Assembly: GCA_963665235.2 (NCBI GenBank)
Contig: CAXXLX010000001.1
Coordinates: 3,520,001-3,584,000, forward strand
Direction: 5' to 3'
Source of the DNA: Candidatus Poribacteria bacterium
GTDB lineage: Bacteria > Poribacteria > WGA-4E > WGA-3G
DNA length: 64,000 nt
The position numbers and the translations under genes are program-made. Position 1 is the first letter of the stretch. Every line of letters begins with the position of its first letter. Positions 57,803 to 64,000 of the stretch are shown here, in pieces. Under the pieces are notes generated by a model that was not told the origin of the DNA, made no database searches, and saw nothing but the letters and a program-made list of their open reading frames with translations.

Positions 57803-60298
57803 ATGCAAGATTATCAACCTATTTCACTGTCTACTTTGTGCAACGTCGGCACAGAAATTATTGGGGAAAATGCTACACCGAGTGTAGGTGCGGTGACGTT
57901 TCACGGGCTTCCCTTCAACATTTCTGAAGGTGAGAAATGTTTCTTGGGTTTCGGCGAAGGGGTTCATACCGACCCTATCAAGGTTCAGGTAAACGGTACC
58001 CCAAAACGGGTTATCTTTGTGCATCGGCTGCTTGAATCGCGAATTCAGGAGGGTGAACCGATTGGGCACCTTATCGCCAACTATGTTTTTCATTACGCCG
58101 ATGGTGAAACGGTGAACGTGCCGATCCGTGAACGTTTTGAGATTGGCAGTGTGCCGCAAGGATGGGGACAGCAGACCTTCATCGCTATACCTGATACCAA
58201 AGAGGGTTTGCATGCACGGCATCAGGGCCCGTGGGGGTCCGCAGGCAATCGTCAAACGGAGGCGACGCAATGTGTGCCGCGAAACTATTACCTTTATATA
58301 TGGAAAAATCCCAATCCTGATAAACAAATTGCTTATATCGACATTCAACCACAGGAACGGCGGTTTATTGTCGCTGCGATTACGCTCGGACACCTTGACG
58401 AAGACCCGGTCCCGCGCCGCCCGAACCGCGAAGTCAAAATCACGTTACCGCAGGCGGAGGATGCCGATAAACCGTTTGATATGGAGGTTAACGTCGACCG
58501 TGGTACCGCGACCTATCCGTATCCGTTGCCGGAAAATGCCCCCGATGCATTTATCGATGACGATTTCAAAGGGTGGGGAGAATTTCAGAACAACAAAAGC
58601 AGTCCTGCATACACTGAAATATCTGCCACGCCCTCCGCTACGGTTGCGATCAAAAACCAGGGCGAAACGCTCGGCACTGTCAATTGGGGAGATGTCCAAG
58701 AGAAAGGAAGTGCACAACCGAATGAGCGGGTCAAGGTGGAGGTGATTGACACCGGCAGAAATTGGGTGCATACCACGGTAATTGATGAGGATACGAATAA
58801 ACCTGTGCCGTGTCGTATCCACTTCCGCTCACCGCACGGTGTGCCATACGCACCGCACGGACATCACGCCCATGTCAATTCTAATATGGGCACGTGGCAT
58901 GTGGATGTTGGGGGAGATGTACGGTTAGGTCAGATTAGCTATGCGTATATTGATGGCACCTGTCAAGGCTGGTTGCCGCGTGGTGAGGTCATCGTCGATG
59001 TCGCGCGGGGTTTTGAGTACACGCCGTTGCGAACCACTGTTAACATAGAACCGGGGCAACGCAAGTTGACGTTACGGATAAAACGTTGGTGTAATATGAA
59101 CGCTGAACGTTATTTCAGTGGCGACACACATGTTCATTTCCTTTCCACACAGGGCGCGCATACAGAGGCACAGGGAGAAGACCTCGGTGTGGTTAACCTG
59201 CTCCTCTCACAGTGGGGCCATCTCTTCACGAATACAGAGGAGTTTATTGGGCGACCTACAACTTCTGCCGACGGTCGGAGTATCGTCTATGCGACGCAGG
59301 AAAACCGACAGCATGTGCTTGGTCATCTCACACTGCTCGGTTTAAAGGAGCAGGTGTCACCGTGGTGTTCCGATGGGCCTGGCGAGGCTGAATTGGGCGG
59401 TAATATGGAGGTGACGCTCTCACATTGGGCGGATGCATGTCATGCCCAAGGCGGCACTGTTGTCCTGCCGCACATTCCGAATCCGAACTGTGAGCCCGCT
59501 ACACTTATCGCAACCGGACGGGTTGACGCTGTGGAATACCTCACGAACGCGATGTATGGGCACATTGAATACTACCGTTATCTCAATTGTGGATATAAAT
59601 TGCCGCTTGTGGGGGGGACAGATAAGATGACGAGCGATGTGCCAGTAGGCGTTTATCGTACATACACCCATATCCCCGAAGATGAGGAATTCAACTACGA
59701 GAACTGGTGCAAATACATGAGTGCGGGCAACACCTTCCTCAGCGGCGGCCCGATGATTCGGCTCACAGTTAATGGACAGCCGATAGGCAGCACTATTAAC
59801 TTACCGGGGAACGGTGGTACCGTTTCGGTTGAAGCCTCCGCCGATTCCATCTTTCCGATTCATTCGTTGCAGATTGTTCAGTGCGGAGAAGTTGTTGCGG
59901 ACACAGCGGAAAACAGCGGGACGCACCAGCTACGTCTTAAAGCGAATCTGAAAGTGGATAAGCATTCGTGGATAGCTGCACGATGTGGTGGACCTAACTA
60001 TGTGCAAGCTGTTCCACACCACGATGGGTGGAGACGTGGTATCATAGCGCACACCTCCCCCATCTACATAGCGGTCGGGGGTGAGTGGTGGATGTTCGAT
60101 CCGGAAACGGCAAACTACATGTTAACGCTGATTGAGGGCGGGTTGTCCTATATCAAACAGTCGGCGCGGCATCATGAACCCGGCACCGTGACACATCACC
60201 ACGGTGAACCTGATCATTTGGAATTTCTCTCTCGGCCATTTATGGAGGCGCGGGAGGCGATTCACCAGCGGATGCATCAATTGGGCATTCCGCATTAA
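57803..60298 (+). CDS. CehA/McbA family PHP-type metallohydrolase
   Basis: SGDTHVH, QENRQ..LGH, GGTD and AHTSPIY motifs. Confidence 0.85.
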   Translation: MQDYQPISLSTLCNVGTEIIGENATPSVGAVTFHGLPFNISEGEKCFLGFGEGVHTDPIKVQVNGTPKRVIFVHRLLESRIQEGEPIGHLIANYVFHYADGETVNVPIRERFEIGSVPQGWGQQTFIAIPDTKEGLHARHQGPWGSAGNRQTEATQCVPRNYYLYIWKNPNPDKQIAYIDIQPQERRFIVAAITLGHLDEDPVPRRPNREVKITLPQAEDADKPFDMEVNVDRGTATYPYPLPENAPDAFIDDDFKGWGEFQNNKSSPAYTEISATPSATVAIKNQGETLGTVNWGDVQEKGSAQPNERVKVEVIDTGRNWVHTTVIDEDTNKPVPCRIHFRSPHGVPYAPHGHHAHVNSNMGTWHVDVGGDVRLGQISYAYIDGTCQGWLPRGEVIVDVARGFEYTPLRTTVNIEPGQRKLTLRIKRWCNMNAERYFSGDTHVHFLSTQGAHTEAQGEDLGVVNLLLSQWGHLFTNTEEFIGRPTTSADGRSIVYATQENRQHVLGHLTLLGLKEQVSPWCSDGPGEAELGGNMEVTLSHWADACHAQGGTVVLPHIPNPNCEPATLIATGRVDAVEYLTNAMYGHIEYYRYLNCGYKLPLVGGTDKMTSDVPVGVYRTYTHIPEDEEFNYENWCKYMSAGNTFLSGGPMIRLTVNGQPIGSTINLPGNGGTVSVEASADSIFPIHSLQIVQCGEVVADTAENSGTHQLRLKANLKVDKHSWIAARCGGPNYVQAVPHHDGWRRGIIAHTSPIYIAVGGEWWMFDPETANYMLTLIEGGLSYIKQSARHHEPGTVTHHHGEPDHLEFLSRPFMEAREAIHQRMHQLGIPH

Positions 60299-60312
60299 AT
60301 GTAGGAGGAAAA

Positions 60313-61284
60313 ATGCCAAAGGAATTAGTAGCGGTTGCCCCCCGGCAGCCTATTTTAAGAGAATACGAAGACGGGCCTGTCCCGACAGGCAGTGTCCGTG
60401 TGTTAGTTGAATTCGGCGCGCCGAAACGGGGTACCGAGATGACAATGTATTATGGTCTCCGAGGGGCAGGATTTCCACACGGGCTTGGAAATATGTGTGT
60501 TGGGAAAATCATAGAAATCGGGGAAGGTGTCGAAAATTGTGAAATCGGTGACCGTGTCGCTGGACACGGTCATCTGAAGGAGACGCATACCTGGGGTGCC
60601 GGCGGTGTCCTGAAGATGCCAGAACGGATGACGTGGAAAGAGGCGGTCTGTTACGATCCGGCACACTTTGCATTATCTGCTATCCGGGACGGCCAGGTAC
60701 GCGCTGGTGACCGTGTTGCTGTCTTCGGGCTTGGCGCAATTGGGCTGGTGACACAACAGTTCGCAAAGGAGGCAGGTGCTGATTTTATCGCTTGTATTGA
60801 CCCAATAGAGGGACGGCGTGCAGTTGCCGAAAAGACAGGCGCGGAGCTCGTTTTGGATCCGAGTGCCTGCAATGTCGGTGAAGTCCTTAAGGAAGCTACA
60901 GGCGGACTTGGGGTTGATGTTGCAATTGAGACGAGCGCAAATTACAGTGCGCTTGACGATGCAATTCGAGGTGTCGCTTTTGAAGGCACAGTTGCTGTTG
61001 CAGGATGGGCGAAGGAGTGCAAGGGTGGGTTGGACCTAGGCGCAGTCGCACATTTTAACATTCCGAACCTGATTTTTGCCCGTGCAAACAGCGACCCGAA
61101 CCGGGACCATCCGCGCTGGAATTTCGGACGTATCCGAAATACATGCTGGAAATGGCTCGCGGAGGGTAGGTTTGATTGTGAAGACATCGTTGACCCAGTT
61201 GTACCTTTTGAGGATTCAGTCGAGGCGTATATAGAGATGGACAACCACCCGGAACGGAGTGTGAAATTGGGGGTCTCTTTTTGA
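60313..61284 (+). CDS. Zinc-binding alcohol dehydrogenase (MDR) family protein
   Basis: GTE, GDRV and VFGLGAIG Rossmann motif. Confidence 0.88.
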   Translation: MPKELVAVAPRQPILREYEDGPVPTGSVRVLVEFGAPKRGTEMTMYYGLRGAGFPHGLGNMCVGKIIEIGEGVENCEIGDRVAGHGHLKETHTWGAGGVLKMPERMTWKEAVCYDPAHFALSAIRDGQVRAGDRVAVFGLGAIGLVTQQFAKEAGADFIACIDPIEGRRAVAEKTGAELVLDPSACNVGEVLKEATGGLGVDVAIETSANYSALDDAIRGVAFEGTVAVAGWAKECKGGLDLGAVAHFNIPNLIFARANSDPNRDHPRWNFGRIRNTCWKWLAEGRFDCEDIVDPVVPFEDSVEAYIEMDNHPERSVKLGVSF

Positions 61285-61756
61285 TGGCAATTGGCAATTA
61301 GCGATTGGCAATTAGCAAGAGGTTTGTGATTCTAATAACATATCTGAAGCGCGTCAGAACCCTCTTCCTCTTGCTATAGGTCTCCAACGGTTTCTACAGG
61401 CTAGCCCCATCGGGGCGGAATGTTTATAGCATGTGATCTATCTACACATTGATAGATGCATCACAGAGTTCGTCCGAGTTTGGTTGACTTATGAAGAACC
61501 GGCCATTTTTGGCGAGGGTATTGATAATAAACTTTATGAAGATTAATTTTGGAACGGTTGATAAATCACCACTACAAACCTAAGCGTTCAGTATTCGGTG
61601 TGAACTCCCGTTCCTTTGGGCAATTCATTGCTTGTTGCTTCCCGAGCTATTTTTTGAACTTCATTCAGTTTGTGCGTTTTTTGTAGCAAAAACTTTCATT
61701 TTGTGTTATCCTTATATAATAGACATTATGCCGGTTTAATTGTAGCATTTCTAGTT

Positions 61757-61869
61757 CGTTAGCAGTGGCAGTGCGTAGGGGCGGGGTCCCCCCGCCCGAT
61801 TTGAATCCATGGTCATAGGGCGAGGGGACCTCGCCCCGCTAATTTTTGGTCTGAATAACCGTTAGCAGT
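61757..61869. repeat. REP-like inverted doublet flanked by 10-bp direct repeats
   Basis: GTAGGGGCGGGGTCCCCCCGCCC ... GGGCGAGGGGACCTCGCCCC between two CGTTAGCAGT copies. Confidence 0.6.
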
Positions 61870-61983
61870 ACAACTTGCCGGAGTACTGAAAGGTAGGTGA
61901 TGAATCACCCTACTACGCGCGGACAGCTTGCTAGAATACTGAATTGGTGTACCAAAACTTTACACATTTGCTTTTGAAAAAAT

Positions 61984-62012
61984 TTGACTTTTGGCAAAAA
62001 ATGTCGTATACT
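61984..62012 (+). promoter_or_regulatory. sigma70-type promoter of the PAS kinase
   Basis: TTGACT-N17-TATACT. Confidence 0.6.
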
Positions 62013-62204
62013 ATTTTAATAAACTGCATGTGTTTTTAGATGTGAATTTGTGAGCAGGTGTTAAAATAGTGCAGCCTTCCCATGTTCTTTAGAGCGGTGA
62101 GTCTGTCAATACCGGAGCTGTGGTCTATTCCATTCACCCCATCCCTCCGGAAATCAGGTATATCTGGGCACCTCACAGCAAAATAGGATGTCTAGGAGGT
62201 TAAT

Positions 62205-64000
62205 GTGTCAACAGCGGAACTTGAAGCACTCAAACGTGAAAATGCTGAACTGAAAGCTGCCAATAGCGAATTGAAAGACCGGCTTGAACTGATGGAGACC
62301 ATTTTTAACATTCACAGTGAGGGGGTGGCAGCATCTAACTTAGAAGGTGAGTTTATAATTGTCAACTCAGTCGCCCAGGAGATTGTCGGTGTGGAAACAG
62401 TCGACACCTCACCTGATGAATGGAGTGGACGTTACGGAGTGTTTTATACCGATAAAGTTACACCAGTTCCAACCTCTGAACTTCCGCTCTACAAGGCACT
62501 GAGCGGGATGGCAACGGACAATGTGGAGATGTTTATTCGGAATAGTAAACGTCCAGAGGGGGTGTTTATCAATATCAGCGGGCGCCCTTTATTTAACAAG
62601 GAAGGTAACGTGACCGGGGGCGTTATCGTTATGCGCGACATCACGGAGCTCAAGGCAGTTGAAGCTGAACTAGAATCGACGATTAACGACCTACAAGCGC
62701 AGACGCAGTTGATGGAGATTATTTTCGATAATATCAGTGATGGTGTTGTTGTCGCAAATGCGGATGGGGAATATACGTTGTTTAATGCAGTCGCCAAACA
62801 TATGGCAGGTTACAATCCGGTAGGTGTAAAAATCCCGCACGCCTCTGAAACATTTGGTCTTTTTCTTCCAGATGGTGAATCGCTTTTTCCAACCTCTGAG
62901 CTCCCGCTTGCAAAGGCACTCGAGGGGGAACAGACAGATAACGTTGAGATGTTGCTACGCAATGTATCCAATCCGAACGGGCTCTATGTGAGTGTGAGTG
63001 GTAGACCCATATCTAACGAACAAGGCGTTATGACGGGTGGGGTCTCGACTATCCGTAATATCTCCAAAGAGAAAGAGGCGGAGGCACAGCTGAGAACACT
63101 AAACGATCAGCTGACAGATCAGAGCGAGCTCATGGAGTCTATCTTTAACAGTATGAGTGATGGGGTCATAGTCGCTGATGAGATAGGGCATATCACATTT
63201 TTTAATCCGAGCGCCAAACGTATTGCCAGAATTGATTTATCTCCAGAGGATATTGATGAGTGGCCCGGGCGATATGAGTTTTTTCACATTGACGGTGTCA
63301 CGCCTATTTCTTTTGAGGAGCTGCCCCTCATGCAGGCGATTCAGGGGAGGGCGACCTACAACATTGAAGCCTTTTTGCGAAATTCGAATTTTCCGGATGG
63401 GTTTTATGTCAACATTAGCGGTAACCCGCTGCGAGACAGTGCTGGTACACAGAAAGGGGGTGTCATCGTTTTTCAAGATATTACGGAGAGGATTCGTAGT
63501 AGGGAAGCGATGGCGGAGGCATTTTCGCAAGGCAGACTAGAGATTATTGATACAATTTTGCACAATATCGGCAATGCCATTAACAGTGTGGCAGTTGGAG
63601 TGGAGACGATTTATGACAACCTGAAACACGACAAGCTTGTTCCGCGCCTTTCCGCGCTTGCCCGTGCAATTGAAAAAAACCGGGATAACCTGAACGATTA
63701 CATTAAGAATGACCCCCAAGGACAGCAGGTGCTCCCGTTCATTCTTACGCTTTCCCACGATTTCACTGTGCTGCTTCAGGAGCTTCAGGAGACAACGGAG
63801 CGTATCCGGAGCAGAACAGCACATATTGTTGATATTGTCCGGACCCAAAAATCGTATCATAGTGCCAGTCCGCTCCGTAAAGATATTGAGCTTGCTGTCG
63901 CAATTTCGGATGCTGTGAAGATACTCCAGGATTCAATTGATAAGAGACAGATTGAGGTTGGGATTGACTGCGAAAAGGCACCTGTAGAGATACGGATTCA
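62205..64000 (+). CDS. Multi-PAS cytoplasmic sensor histidine kinase, runs off window end
   Basis: GGAGG RBS + GTG; three PAS repeats (IF..SDGV..ELPL..AL..GGV..RDIT); in-frame H-box ILHNIGNAINS near 63561. Confidence 0.88.
   Translation, partial: MSTAELEALKRENAELKAANSELKDRLELMETIFNIHSEGVAASNLEGEFIIVNSVAQEIVGVETVDTSPDEWSGRYGVFYTDKVTPVPTSELPLYKALSGMATDNVEMFIRNSKRPEGVFINISGRPLFNKEGNVTGGVIVMRDITELKAVEAELESTINDLQAQTQLMEIIFDNISDGVVVANADGEYTLFNAVAKHMAGYNPVGVKIPHASETFGLFLPDGESLFPTSELPLAKALEGEQTDNVEMLLRNVSNPNGLYVSVSGRPISNEQGVMTGGVSTIRNISKEKEAEAQLRTLNDQLTDQSELMESIFNSMSDGVIVADEIGHITFFNPSAKRIARIDLSPEDIDEWPGRYEFFHIDGVTPISFEELPLMQAIQGRATYNIEAFLRNSNFPDGFYVNISGNPLRDSAGTQKGGVIVFQDITERIRSREAMAEAFSQGRLEIIDTILHNIGNAINSVAVGVETIYDNLKHDKLVPRLSALARAIEKNRDNLNDYIKNDPQGQQVLPFILTLSHDFTVLLQELQETTERIRSRTAHIVDIVRTQKSYHSASPLRKDIELAVAISDAVKILQDSIDKRQIEVGIDCEKAPVEIRI

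Noticed and set aside
62140-62204. c-di-GMP-II riboswitch-like fragment (GGAAA..CTGGGCACCT) before the PAS kinase
   Set aside because: The downstream TAGTGCAACC-type half is missing; it cannot be supported without an Rfam scan
62489-63981. Short ORFs listed in the last 1.5 kb
   Set aside because: Shadows of the long plus-strand PAS kinase that runs off the window

Overview
This is a bacterial chromosomal window. The gene content (PhyH, Gfo/Idh/MocA, Kelch/NHL/PD40 proteins, Rpn paralogues, a shared C-terminal 'K-x4-WG-x-[LI]K' motif) resembles Candidatus Poribacteria sponge symbionts; that assignment is an inference. Housekeeping genes include galK, rsmG-mnmG, ffs-dnaX-ybaB-recR, a tRNA/tadA cluster, murJ, hisF, tenA, aroA, larB, alaS, recX and coaD. 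Signalling genes include a partner-switching module and three histidine kinases. The intergenic DNA is dense with non-autonomous mobile elements. Main observations: (1) an IS200/605 IsrB (OMEGA) element with its omegaRNA sits in the 5' coding region of murJ at an ATGA motif, and its right end supplies a new in-frame start codon; (2) two unrelated MITE families and a decayed IS701-like parent carry variable-copy tandem arrays of the same GTAG-hairpin (REP-like) unit, with a compensatory base-pair change between families; (3) a sigma54-driven TonB receptor is followed by a CX4CH di-heme lipoprotein with a ~60-residue Asp tail; (4) there are nested MITEs and insertions whose removal restores intact genes. 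No CRISPR array or cas gene is present.
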